From assembly GCF_009914755.1 (NCBI RefSeq), contig NC_060937.1: a stretch of 64,000 nt of DNA; one strand, given 5' to 3'. Under the pieces are notes generated by a model. The model worked only from the letters and a program-made list of their open reading frames with translations. It was not told the DNA's origin and ran no database searches. Origin of the DNA: the human T2T-CHM13v2.0 reference genome, Homo sapiens. Positions 1 to 12,677 of this stretch are shown here, one piece after another (position 1 is the first letter of the stretch; each line of letters opens with the position of its first letter). The position numbers and the translations under genes are program-made.

Positions 1-2536
1 TTTTGGCAGTATGGTCATTTTCACAGTATTGATTCTTCCAATCCATAAGCATGGGGTGTTTTTCCATTTGTTTGTGTGATCTACAGTTTCTTTCCTCAGC
101 GTTTTGTAGCTCTCCTTGTAGAGATCTCTCACATCCTTGGTTAAATATATTCCTTATACTTTAAAATAAAAATTTTATTGTTTTGCAGCTATTGCAAATG
201 GGATGGAATTCTTGATTTGATTCTAAGCTTGGTCATTATTGGTATATAGCAGTGCCACTGATTTGCATAGGTTGGCCTTGTAACCTGAGATATTACTGAG
301 TTCATTTACAAAATCCAGTAGTCTTTTGGAGGAGTCTTTAGGGTTTTTTTTAGGTATAGGAACATATCATTGGCAAACAGACATAGTTTGACTTCCTCTT
401 TTCTAACTGGAATGCCTTTTATTTCTTTCTTTTGGATAGTTGCTCTGGCTAGGACTTCCAGTATGTGTTCAATAGAAGTAGTGAAAGTGGGCATCCTTGT
501 CTTGTTCCACTTATTAAGGGAAATGTTCTTATGGGGGGATGCTTTCAACTTTTCCCCCTTCAGTATGATGTTCACTGTGGGTGTGTCATATATGGCCTTT
601 ATTATTTTGAAGTATGCTCCTTCTATGCCTAGTTTCTTGGGGGTTTTTATCATGAAGTGATGCTGAATTTTATTAAATGCTTTTTCTTCATCTGCTAAAA
701 TGACCATATAGCTTTTGTTATGAATTCTGTTTATGTGGTGAATTACATTTGTTGACTTGCATATGTTGAACCATCCTTGCATTCCTGAAATGAAGCTTAG
801 TTTATCCTGGCAAATTATCCTTCTGTTGTGCTATAGTATTTGGTTTGCTATGTTTTGTTGAGGATTTTTGCATCTATGTTCATCAGAGATCTCAGCCCAC
901 AGTTTTATTTTTTTGTCGTGTCTTTCCTGACTTGGGTATCAGGGTGATACTGGCTTCATAGGATGAGTTAGGATTTCCTCCTTCTCAATCTTTTGAAATA
1001 GTTTTGGTAGGATTGGTATCACTTCTTTTAATGTCTGGTCACATTCAGCATGAATCTAGCTGGTCCTGGGCTTCATGTTGTTGGAAAATTTTTTAAATTA
1101 CTGATTTGATCTCACTACCTGTTATTTGTCTGTTCAGGATTTCTATTTCTTTCTGATTCAAGCTTGGGGTTTTGTGTTTCCAGAAATTTATTCATTTACT
1201 CTAGATTTTCTAGTTTGTGTGCTTAGAGATGTTCATAGAACATCAGATCCATGAAAATGGAGACATTACAACTGATACCACAGAAATACAAAAGATCATC
1301 TCAGATCATTTTTTGTATTTCTGTGGTACCAGTTGTAATGTTTCTATGTTTATTTCTGATTGAGCTTATTTGAATCTTCTCTATTGTTTTCCGGGTTAAT
1401 CTAGCTAGTGATTTATCAATTTTATCTTTTCGAAGAACCAACTTTTCATTTCATTGATCTTTGTATTTTTTTTTCAGTTTCGGTTTTGTTTATTTCTGGT
1501 CTGATATTTGTTATTTCTTTTCTGCTACCTTTGGGTTTGGTTTGTCTTGTTTTTCTAGCTCCTTGAGGTGTGACATTGGTTGTCAATTTGTGATCTTTTT
1601 GTCTTTTTTGATGTAGACATTTAGTGCTATAAGCTTTCCTGTTAGTACTGCTTTTACAGTATCCCAGAGATTTTGATAACTTGTGTCACTGTCATCATTC
1701 ATTTTGAAAAAATTATTAATTTTAATGTTGATTTTGTCATTGACCTAAAAGTCCTTCAGGAGCAGATAATTTAATTTCCACATATTTGTATAGTTTTGGG
1801 AATCCCTCTTGGAATTGATTTTTAGGTTTATTCTGCTGCAGTCTGAGAAGATGCCTGATATGATTTTTCTTTTTAAAAATTTATTGGAACTTGTTTTGTG
1901 GCCTATTGTATGGTCTATCTTGGAAACTATTCCATGTGCTTATGACAAGAATGTATATTCTCTAGTTTGGTGTAGAATGGTCTGTAAGCCTCTGTTAGGT
2001 CCATTTGTCCTAGAATCCAGTTTATGGCCAGTGTTCCTTTGTTGACTTTCTGCCTCAATGATCTAGCTAGTGTTGTGTTGAAGTCCCCCACTATGACTGT
2101 ATTGCTGTATTTCTCTTTTATGGAATCTATTAGTATTTGTTTTACAAATCTGGAAGCTCTGGTGTTAGGTGTATGTTTATTTAAGGTTGTTATCTCTTCT
2201 TGTTGAGTTGACCAACTATCATTATATAATGACCTTCTATGTCTTTTTATTATTTATTTATTTATTTACTTTTGTTGATTTAATGTCTGATTTATCTGAT
2301 ATAAGAATGACCAGTGCTGCTCATTTTTGGATGCCATTTGTGTGGAATATTTTGTTCCACTCCTTTACCTTGAGTCTATAAGAATCTTTACAAGTTAAGT
2401 GGGTCTCTTGAAGGCAACATATACTTAGATTGTGCTTATTAAATTAATTCCACTAATCTTATGTTTTAAGTGGAGCATTTAGATCATTTATATTCCAAGT
2501 TAATAGTAATATATTAAATACTATTCCAGTCATCAT
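1..2536 (-). pseudogene. Decayed L1 ORF2 (endonuclease and reverse transcriptase N-terminal part)
   Basis: ORF 306..782 (MQGWFNICKS...KAFNKIQH...CLFANDM) matches the L1 RT core, with FADDM mutated. Start ATGATGACTGGA at 2536. Many stops and frameshifts. Confidence 0.92.
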
Positions 2537-2629
2537 GTTGATTACTACCTAGTTGTTTTGTATTCTCCATCATGTTACTATTTTATAAGCAGTGAGTTTT
2601 ATACTTTTGAATGTTTTTTATACTGTTGC

Positions 2630-3631
2630 ATATAGAACTTTCATTCTGATGTTTAGAATTCCTTTGAGCATTTCTTATAGGTCCAGTCTAGTGGTGACAG
2701 ATTCTCTCCGAGTTTGCTTTACTGGGAGAGACCTTATTTCTCCCTCATTTATGAAACTAAGTTTTGCACCATACAAAATTCTTGGTGACCATTACTCTGT
2801 TTAAGAAGACTAAAGATAGGATTCCAGTCCCCTCTGGCTTGTGAGTTTTTTGCTGGGAAGTCTGCCATTAGTCTGACAGATTTTCCTTTATAAGTTTTGA
2901 TGCCTTTGTCTCACTAGTCTTAGAATTATTTCTTTCATGTTGACTTTAGATAACCTGATGATTACATGCCTTACTGATATTCTTTTTGCAATGAATCTCC
3001 CAGAGTTCTTTGAGACTCTTGTGTCTGGATGTTTAAATTTCTATCAAGACCAGACAAGTTTGCCTCAAATATTCCCTCAAATAGGTTTTCCAAACTTTTT
3101 ACTTTTTCTTCTTCTCCTTCAGGAATACCTATGATTATAGGGTTTGGATGTTTTAGAGAATCCCATATTTGTTGGAGACTGTATTCATTTCTTTTGATTC
3201 TTTTTTCTTTGTTTTTGTTCGGTTGGGTAAACCCAAAAGCCTTATATCCAAGCTCTGAAATTATTTCTTTTGCTTGGTCTAGTCTCTTGGTAAAACTTTT
3301 CACTGCATTTTGTAACTCCCTAAATGAGTCTTTCATTTCCAGAAGTTCTGTGTTTTGTTTTGTTTTGATTTTTTGATTTTTTAAAATCTATCTCCTTGGA
3401 AAATTTTCATTCATATCTTGAGTTGTTTTCTTGATTTCTTTATGTTGGTTTTGACTTCCTCTTGGATCTCATTCAGAAACTTTATGATCAATATTTTGAA
3501 TTCTTTATCTGGTATTTCCAAGATTTCATTTTGGTTTAGATTTATTGCTAAAGAGTTAATGTGATCTTTTGAGGGCATTGCAAAACTCTGCTTTTCATAT
3601 TGCCAGAATTATTTTTCTGCTTCCTTCTCAT
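2630..3631 (-). pseudogene. Decayed L1 ORF1
   Basis: Starts MRRKQKNNSGNMK at 3631. ORF 2971..3336 (IIGIPEGEEEKVKSLENLFEGI...IQTQESQRT) is typical L1 ORF1p. Confidence 0.9.
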
Positions 3632-5289
3632 CTGGATAGAATTGTTTCTTCTTATTATTTTTGAATTGAGTTTTGACTGAACTGGGTTTTTTTTTTTCTC
3701 CTTGAGGATGTAACTATAATGTGTATAGTTTATGATTCCCTAGCTTTGGGTCTGGGTAATTTCAGTTGCAAAGACTCTGTGTAAGTTCCTTGGTTATACA
3801 GAATTTTGTCTGATGGCTTTCTTAGGTCGTGCTTTTAGTAGCAATGTAGTGGGTGTGTGAATAGGGCCACTGTCTCCTGTGGTGCTGGAATGGCAGAGGT
3901 CTCCTGAAGCTTATTTTATTCCTCTTGATGTGTACTTTTTTCCCCAGTATTTTTTCAGTGGGTTGAACAATTTAGTCTTCAGTTTAATTAGAGGTGTTCA
4001 TGGGTAAGAATTGGCTGTGGCTAAGGTAGGTGGGTATATGCAATACCACAATGGTGAGCACACATCCCAGCCCTGATGGATGTAGCCTAGGGAGTTCCCA
4101 TGAAATGCACTGAGGTCTTCATAGGTGAAAGGAAGGGTGCTACCTCAGCTCTACTACAAGCCTGGCAAAAAACAACCCAACTCCCTATCATCCTCCTGTC
4201 CCAGTGTTCTGGATATTCAGATTAGACAAGCATCTTTCCATCTTCAGGAATGCTGACATTTTGTGTAGAGAGGGAGCAGGGCTCTACTCCTCTTGCAAGC
4301 CTGACCCCAGAGGACACACATCCTGTGGGGACACAGTCACCCCAAAATGCTCTATAAAGACCATCTACAGATGCACCCAAGCCAAGCTCCTACAGGAGAC
4401 ATCCTGGCTGTGTCTGCAGCAGTGGGTGAGGGGGAGAAGTCCCCTCTACGTCCCTTCATGAGTACTGGGGCTGCTCGACCGCTGGGGAAGAATTGTAGTC
4501 TTCCCACTCAGCTGAGCACTGTGCCCATCCCTCTGCTGAAAGAGTTGCAGCTGCTCCTAGCCCACAAGCAGCAAGTTCACGGACACAGAAAAGCCTGCAC
4601 TCTGTTTCTTTTGTCCCACAGAGTGCTCCCTTGGTATGATGCACTCCCCCTTTCCCTAGGTATGACAATCCCTGGGGAACAGACCACCGTGAATCCTGCT
4701 GTTCCTCTGGGTCTAGCCACCATGTGGGGTTGCCACAATCCAGGTTGGTACTGAGGCATGTCTACAAGGGATCCTGTGATGTGAAGACACAAGGGTTGGA
4801 AGTCCCTGAGCAGAACAAAGTCTCGCAATGGGTGCACACTCAGTATGGCACCTGCTACTACAGGTTGGGACCGGGGGAACAGGAAGGGACCCTGTTCGAG
4901 ATGGTAGCCCAATATAATGCCCTCGAGAAGTCCCCAGATCGCAGCCCGCTCCAGTACTTGGGCTCATGGTGGCAAAAAAGCTCTCCTTGAGTTTGGATAC
5001 CAGCAGTCTGCTGCAAGGGCTAGAGATGCCAAGAGCATTCCCACCTACCCTTTCCACAGAATACTAAGTCTCTCTTGATTTGATCTCTGCAAGCTTCTTG
5101 ATTCCTTAATTTTTGTGTATGCTGTAGATTCTTCCAATGAACTTTCCAATGGGCTCCAACAATCTCCCCTTAACATTCCATTTAGGCTATGGTTATTCAC
5201 ATTCACCTGTAATTCGTTTTTTTTGTTGTTGTTGTTCTGAAGGGAATTGTTCACCCATGTCTCTAGTCAGCCATCTAGAAAAGCCCTCT

Positions 5290-6786
5290 GATCCCTCAGG
5301 CCATGGACTGGTCTACAGGACTTGCAGTAGCTTGGGCTTTGCTCTTAGCTCCAGAGACAAGTGATATGGGTGGAGCTGGACCAGGCTGACCTGTCCTCTC
5401 CGGTCTCCCAGTGGCAGGTGCGAGCACCAGCTCTGATGGGGGTGGCAGGGGAGTGGTGTGGGCTCTGTAGGTCTGTCTTGGTCTGTTCAGGATTTCTAAA
5501 TAAGGCTGTTTGGTGTGGTTTGGTGGCTTTCTCACTTGCCAGCTGTAGCATCAATGTACTGGGCATGTGAGCGGGCTCAAGTCCTCCTGGGTAGCTGGGG
5601 TGGTGTGGACAATGGTGTTAGCTGAGGTCAAAGAAGAGTTTTCTCCTTCACAAGCACTGTGTTACTGTGTCAGAAGATGTTGTAATGGGCTGTGCTGGGT
5701 GAAGTCGGGCCAGGAGGTAGCGCTTGTAGGAGAGAACCAGCTGCTGGGGTGGCCATGGGATGCTTGGCCTGTGTTATTCAGGGGAAGCACTCAGATGTTG
5801 CTGGTGATGGGCAGGGCCGTGGAACTCCTAAAAGGCCCTGTCTGTGTTCTGCTGCCAAGGTGGGTGGAGGGGAAAAGCTGGGTGGGGGCTGGGTCAGGCA
5901 GTCCCGTGCTTTGGCTCCCTAAGTGTGAGTGCAAGCAGGAGCCCTGATGGGAGTCAGTGGGAAATTCCCTGGCCACTGGGGTAATGTTTCAGAGAGGAAT
6001 GGAACCACTTTCGCTGCATAAAAGAGTCCACGCTGGGAGCCGGGCAGCAGGTGGCAATGAGACCCACCCAGCTCCCATGCCTTTGACAAGGCAGATCTCA
6101 CACCCACAGACTTCTGCTGGCAGAAAGCTGCAAGGGCCGGCTGGGTCCCACAGTGCAAGACTGCCACACACTGCAAGACTTCCCCCGCAAGACAGAAACC
6201 GCAGCTCTTAGGCCACACCCCTTCTAGTTTGGCCCACGAAGCAGGGGCACCTGGCTCCTGTGTCCATGCCAGAAGCATGCTTTATGCTTAAGATTAGGTT
6301 GCAAATCTCGCTTGGGAGCTTCTTTCAGCCTGTGGCCATCTCCTGAGTTAGCTAGCAGATTTTCACGTGGGCGTCTGTGAGTTGGATTAGGAGTGTCTTC
6401 CTTCTGCCCCTCCTGGCGCCTGGGCGGGCATGCAAAGCACTTCTCCATGCTGCTCCTTCTCCCCACTGCTCCCCAAATCAGCTCTAGCACCCGGTAGGGT
6501 TAAGGAGCTCCCCCATGGCCTGGATTAAGCGGCTCCCCAATGGGAATGTGTATGAAGGAGACAGTCTCTCCCCTTTCACGCTCCAAAGACTGAAGTTTTC
6601 TGCCTGACTCACAGTGCAGCCTGCTGCCTACTGCTCCTTTCACGGTATCCAAAGTTTCTTTCACTTTTTCTCTTGAGTTCCTCTGTTCCTTCTTAGATAA
6701 AAGTGCACAGCGTGAATCTCTACATACTATTTTGCTCTTTTCAAAAGGGTGACGCACACTAACAAAGCCTCTAATCTGCCATCTTC
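5290..6786 (-). mobile_element. Second L1 5'UTR fragment
   Basis: GC-rich UTR-like sequence ending in GCCTCTAATCTGCCATCTTC, which is GAAGATGGCAGATTAGAGGC on the minus strand (an L1 5' terminus). Confidence 0.75.
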
Positions 6787-6905
6787 AAAAAAAAAACTTC
6801 ATAATCTTAATAAGAATCCCAATAAATTGAGTAGTAATTGAGAAATTGAGAGAAACTGCTGAGGCTGTCTGAATTAATGAGGTATTTGGCATTGTCACTT
6901 TAGTC

Positions 6906-7280
6906 CAGTATTTCTCAACCCTGGCCAGTGATGAACTGATTAGGTATTAACAACTGCCTGGGTGTGGAGGGGACACTGATTCATAGCATTTGGTAAGTTT
7001 TGTGGTATAAATGTTCTCACCATGAACAATTTCAAGCTACCAACAGTTTAACAGCCAGTTCACAAAATTCCTTAAAATTTAACAGTCTTCTAGGCTATAA
7101 TGTGGGGCACTGAAAATTATCTATACTTGAGCACCGTTATTCAGTTTTGGATACTCTGATTTAATTGATTTGGGAAAGGGCACAGTCCTTCCTTCTTCTA
7201 TTCTTCTCTCCTTCCTTCCTTCATTCTTTCCCTCCTTTCATAATTTCCTAATTTAGATGTGCTCCCAGGATTGAGAATGA
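6906..7280. mobile_element. MER5-type hAT relic interrupted by a MER63-like fragment (about 6925-7090, minus)
   Basis: CAGTATTTCTCAACCCTGG...CTCTGATTTAATTG...GATTGAGAATG. The internal segment is reverse-complementary to the MER63-like copy at 27561-27893. Confidence 0.55.
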
Positions 7281-7291
7281 ATGATGTAGAG

Positions 7292-7480
7292 CAGTGAGCT
7301 TCCTAAACTTTACTATGCACCAGAATCACCGAAAGGCTTGCAAAACACAAATGGCTGGGCTCCACCTCCCAGACTTTCTGATTCAGTAGTAGTTCTGGCC
7401 TGGAGTCTGTAATTTGCGTTTCTAACAAGTTCTCAGGTGATGCTGATGTTGTTGGGTCAGGTATCATACTTTGAGTCTCT
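7292..7480. mobile_element. MER5A (hAT-Charlie)
   Basis: CAGAATCACC...CTTTCTGATTCAGTAG...TTTGCGTTTCTAACAAGTTCTCAGGTGATGCTGATG. Confidence 0.75.
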
Positions 7481-8447
7481 GGGGCTCATACTCTGGTTGC
7501 CATTCATTGTGGTTTTAAATATGGATTTCTTTCAGAGTGGGCAGTCACCTTTTGGATAATGGTTTTTGTATTGTTTTTTACATTGGTTGTGGGTGAGAAT
7601 CTCCACCCACAAAGTGTGTTACTGCTACAAGTTGTACTACTTAGATCTCCCCGCATACTTTAAAAAGTTTACATGAGCCCCTAGGGGGACTAAGGAAAAG
7701 AGCAGAATGGGACCAGAGCAGTCTATCCCATGTCTGCCTGGAACAAAAGAGGCCAACGATTCTTCTTCCTAAGTAGAATGGGCTCTCCACATTGCTTTAA
7801 ATGGGAAATGGGCAATGGCATTTCAGGTTTCTTTCACCACAGGATCCTATTTTTCTTACTAATATGGTATGCCTTCTGTTGGTACCTATGACTCTTAATT
7901 AATTTTTGGTCCTGTTGAGATTTCTGGTCAAGAGAAATTCCATCCCCCCAACCTCCTCCTTGAGCTGTTTTTCCTATCCTAGCCTCTCAGGCACAGATCT
8001 AGCCATTTCCCCTGACTTTTAGACTGTTATGCAAGGCGACTACATTTAGAGCTGGTCACTCTGCATTTTGTACACATTGAATTAAAGATATAGCATAATA
8101 CATTCTGGGCATGCACACCTGCACTCTCTAGGCTTTACTAGTTGCATGTTTGCTCCTTACATCATAGTTTTAGGTTTATCAAGCAATTGGCTTCCTCTCT
8201 TTGTGCCCCCAGGACAGCTGAGATTAGCAGGGGCCAGTGCTTCTCCACAGAATTTGAAGGAACTAGAGGTATTTTTTTCTTAAGATTGCAGTGATGTTGA
8301 GGCAACCATTTTCTTTGCAAAGAAAACACCTTGAAGTGTTCTAAAAAATAATAATAATAAATAACTTTTATTTACTATTTTCTTAATAGATGAGAATAAC
8401 TCAAAGTCACTAGCACTTGTGAAATGAACTTAACAAAAGCCACTATG

Positions 8448-8673
8448 ATTGAGACCATCCTGGCTTACACGGTGAAACCTCGTCTCTACTAAAAATACAA
8501 AAAAATTAGCCGGATGTGGTGGTGGGCACCTGTATTCCCAGCTACTAGGGAGGTTGAGGCAGGAGGTGAACCCCAGAGGCGGAGCTTGCAGTGAGCCGAG
8601 ATTGTGCCACTGCATTCAGGCCTGGGCGGCAGAGCAAGACTGTCTCAAAAAAAAAAAAAAAAAAAAAAAAAAA
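8448..8673 (+). mobile_element. 5'-truncated AluY
   Basis: Starts at GAGACCATCCTGGC and has a long A tail. TSD AAAAGCCACTATG at 8435-8447 and 8670-8682. Confidence 0.92.
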
Positions 8674-11600
8674 GCCACTATGCACACATTATAGGTATTT
8701 TTAAATGACAGGCCTTACATTTTTTCCTGGAAAAAAAAAATTGTCTTTTAGCTGTTTGCTTATCCTAATTTCCCCCCCAAATCTCCATGATTGGGAGTTT
8801 TTCAAACTTAAAAAACTGTGACATTTAAAATTTCTGGTAATTTGTTCTCTTTTTTCTTTTCTTTTTTTTTTTACAGCCAAATATTTAACAAAAATTTTAA
8901 GTATAATGTAACATTTTATTATGAAAGAAACAACTACTGGAAACTAACTTGCAACAAAAACCATTCTAGTATCTTTGCAGTACCCTTAGGAGATACCTAA
9001 TTCTTTAAAGAGATGTTTATATTAATGAACTGATTTTAGAAGACAGAATTTTTGAGATCGCTTTTAGATACCTACAAGCTATATTAAAAATCACCAATAA
9101 ACAAATTAAGATTATCTTTGACCTCTGTTTTCTGTTGGCCTAACAAATGTTTTTGCAGAGTTTAGGATTGCTATTTTGAAAATGGGAACTTGTAATTCTA
9201 AAGTACTAACAATCTGAAAATGCAGGATTGCTGGACACTCCTATGTGGTGATCCATTATTAGCTTCTCCTCCAACTATATTTGCCTTGAACTTGAGAATC
9301 TTAGTTTACTGTTACTTTTACATTATCAAGTGCTAATGTGTGAAAGGATTTTATTATGCTTTTACTACTCATTTCATGATATGGTATCTTATTCAATATT
9401 CTTTCACAGACTTGGGGATATTAGATATCAGGTCAAGCATTATGTTAAAAGCTTAGGCCAATCTTTTTATATGACCGCAATAAAGAATATATTCATTTCA
9501 CTTATATTACCACATGGCCCTCATAAAAGGTCAGTTTCAATTGAATATAAAATACCTTACAAATGGCAAATCATATGTCATCAACAACACACCTATTATG
9601 AATAATCTATTTTCAATTACCACCTTCCCCTCTTTAAAATATAACTTGGAAATGTCTTAGAATCACTAAGAGATCTTCATTATGTATTTTGTGCAAAAGA
9701 CATAAAAATTGTATATTTTTCTGTTTTAGTCAACAAAATATGTATGGAGTAATCACACTTAAATTTCAGTTAAAACAAGTTAGGTGCATCAGATATTCAG
9801 ACCAAAAAACATGAAATTATATTTTTTCCATTTTGTTGTTAACACAAAATTTAACTAATTAACTGAATCAGTTACTCGGCCTGGGCTATTGATGATGAGA
9901 TAATATTACAAGAAGTTATATGTATACACATAAGCTGGTTGCTGTGATTTAGGAGTGTCAATTTATTCTTACTCAGAACATGCTTAGCAGTGTATACAAA
10001 GGTTTCCAGTATAACAAAGGGTTGACTATATATAGAAATATAGGTTAGAATGAGCTTAATTCTATGTGATAACCAAGGTTGATTTTTACAACTGGAATAA
10101 CAATTTCCTAGAACAGAAAAACCTGTAGCATATTTAAAAATGAGTTTTAACCTTTCTAGCCATGATTTTAAAAAGCACAGTCTTGACAAAACTGCTTAGT
10201 CCCCTAAAGGATATATTTTCAAAAGTATGATCTTATGTTTGAAAAAAAAAAAGTCTAAAAATGTTCTGTACTTTAAAAGGCCCACAAAAAGTGTTTTTTT
10301 TTTTTTTCTTTTTTAAGTGAGCCTCTGTCACAATTACTATAATCAGGAAAAATGGAATACAAATAAGCAAGAGCAGGCTTTTTCCCAGTACGACACTTCC
10401 TACAGCTATCTTCATTCAGGGTGACAATTTCTATTTTAACCTAATTAAGTATAAGAGAGGACCAGTGTCCTAAGCCATAAGCCTGAAGGTTCCTGGAAGT
10501 ACTGAGCTGCTCATTACCTCCCGGGCACTGCTGGGAGCCGCTGCCTGAAACTTCTGGAAGGTGCCACGGATGCCCAGAAGGAGGCTCTGCTGCACAGCGC
10601 CAGCCTGTAGGTGCACCACCTTCAACCGCATTTCAGCCTGGTTACTGTGGAATTGATTTTCACGGCTCATGACAGAAGCTGTTTTCAGCCCATGAAAAGG
10701 AAGTGGCTGGAGCTGATACGCCTAACACAAACAGCAAATTGCTCCATGGCTTTCATAGCATTCGAGGCCTGTTACCTTAAGGTTCTAATGGCCTTTTAAC
10801 AGTGTTTCCAGCTGAGCAGCAGATGTAAAGGATACTGAACATTGAAAGCACTGTTCTTTTTTCCCCTCCCTGAAAGAATCATTGTTTACAGACATTGTAC
10901 CAACACCATATCCTAGGACCTATTCACTGGCATGTTAGATTTGAAAAACTGAAACAAATTTCAGATAAATAGAAAGTATTATCAGTGCCATAAACCTACC
11001 ACCTTACTGAGCTGTCTGTCCTATATTACCACCCATCAGGAACTGAGATCACTGAGGACGTATTTTCACCATTAATAGGGGCCCCCATTTGGTAATATCG
11101 CATCAGGGAAAATAATTAATGGAACCCTGTGAAACCTCTGAAACTCCTTATACTTTAAATTGATTGATTTTAATCCTAAAAATTGCTGTGTATTTCTGAA
11201 AATAACACATTTAACATTTAGAATTGTATCCTTTCTGCCTTTGGCTTCCCTTTCTGTTGTTCTGAGTGTTTAGTTTCGTCCTCTGTTGGTAAGGGTTGTG
11301 AAATGTTTGCCTTATAGGCAGCTATGGGCTTCCTGCATAGGGAACATGAAGGCCTTTAAAAGGTTTGGTCTGTTGAAAGAGGTTGGCATTTCAGTCTTGT
11401 GGACTTTTGGGAAAAAAATGTTAAACATAACTGAAGAGCCCTTGTCAAATTGGAGGTTTTTCCATTTTAAAAACTAGAGAAATAGTATGTCTTTTGATTT
11501 CACTTTGGTCCAAGCAGCGCCTCATATTTCCACTTTCCAGTGGTAACTAGCAGAGGTAAGAGAAAAACAGCCATGCGGGTGAGTCATCATTCCTCACTCC

Positions 11601-11904
11601 AGGAAATGGCTCATTTTACAAGCTTTTGGAAGGACCTTTGGGAAGTTGTGAGCTGCCACCATTTTTGAATTGAAAATATACATACGTTGCAACTCTGATG
11701 TAAAAGGCATATAGTTCCTTTTTCCTCCACCTCTTGGTTTCTCCTTCTCCTTCTCTTCTTGCTCATATAACCTGTGTAGTTTTCCGCAGGAGCTCCCACT
11801 TGATGGGTAACAGGAGAAAACATTTTAGTCTGATCTAGTTGAAAATGTAGTCTGATCAGTTTTGCCTTTCTAGCTGACAGTCAATCAAGTGGGATACTTG
11901 CTGT

Positions 11905-12095
11905 GGTGCAGTGGCTTTGACTCCTGGCTCCTCTACTTAGCCTTTTCTGAACCTCTCTGTGCCTTGATTTTTCCATCTGTAAACAGGGGTAATAGCAATT
12001 CCTATCTCTCATCACTGGGATTGTGCTACACGAATGAACACTTCTAAAGCTCTTAGAATAGTATCTGACAAGTACGAAAGGCTGTACACATGCTT
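11905..12095 (+). mobile_element. MIR
   Basis: AACCTCTCTGTGCCTTGATTTTTCCATCTGTAAACAGGG core. Confidence 0.7.
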
Positions 12096-12677
12096 GTCAA
12101 TTAACACAGAGTAGAGGAGGAAATAAATCTCTTAGATTGCGGAGTGATAAAGGAGTGACTCTTTCTCACGAAAGAAAACTGAGGGTTCTAGGGCTCTGCC
12201 CATTTCCAGGGCCCTGCTGGCCTGCATATCTGGGGGTGGTATACTTTGTGATCTGCTCTTATTCAAGTTGGGAAGGACCGGGTAACTAGTCCCCTTCCTT
12301 TGGTATTCACCCTCACATTGGCCTTTCTGGGCATGAAGACCTCCTGAGTCACTGGTTTGTCACTCAACTGGCCTCTGGCCCACCTCCAGCCTTGATCACT
12401 TGGCATGGGGGGACCATGACAAGCCTCTGGTTTGCAACTCCGCTGCTTTCTGAGTTCTTCCCAGGAGGGCTCTAGGGATTGCTGAGCCAGACCAGTGCTA
12501 CCCAGGTGAGGGGTGTAGCTCTCCCTCTGAGTACTCTGTGCCCCAAAGTTGACCCTAAAGTTGGTCCAGGTAGCCCACCAGGCAATCTCTTCACAGAATC
12601 CTAGGCAGAATTTGGGCCCCACATCCTGCTTCCCTTTGGCTTCCCAGCATTGAGGCAAAGCTCAGAGAGAAACTGGG

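Larger units (their letters stand above)
1..5277 (-). mobile_element. LINE-1 element (old primate L1PB/L1MA-age), 5' end to mid-ORF2, continues off the left edge
   Basis: Decayed ORF2 and ORF1 homology. The 5' end reads ...AGATGGCTGACTAGAG on the minus strand near 5277, resembling the L1 5' start AAGATGGC. Confidence 0.93.

Noticed and set aside
306-782. 158-aa reverse-transcriptase-like ORF as a functional or novel RT gene
   Set aside because: It is a fragment of decayed L1 ORF2. The catalytic FADD is mutated to FAND and the surrounding frame is broken.
4204-6757. Dense overlapping ORFs of 60-135 aa
   Set aside because: These are chance ORFs in GC-rich L1 5'UTR sequence with no recognisable protein similarity.
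9885-9990. Box C motif (ATGATGA) suggesting a C/D snoRNA, with similar motifs at about 23227 and 41862
   Set aside because: There is no CTGA box D at a suitable distance with a terminal stem.
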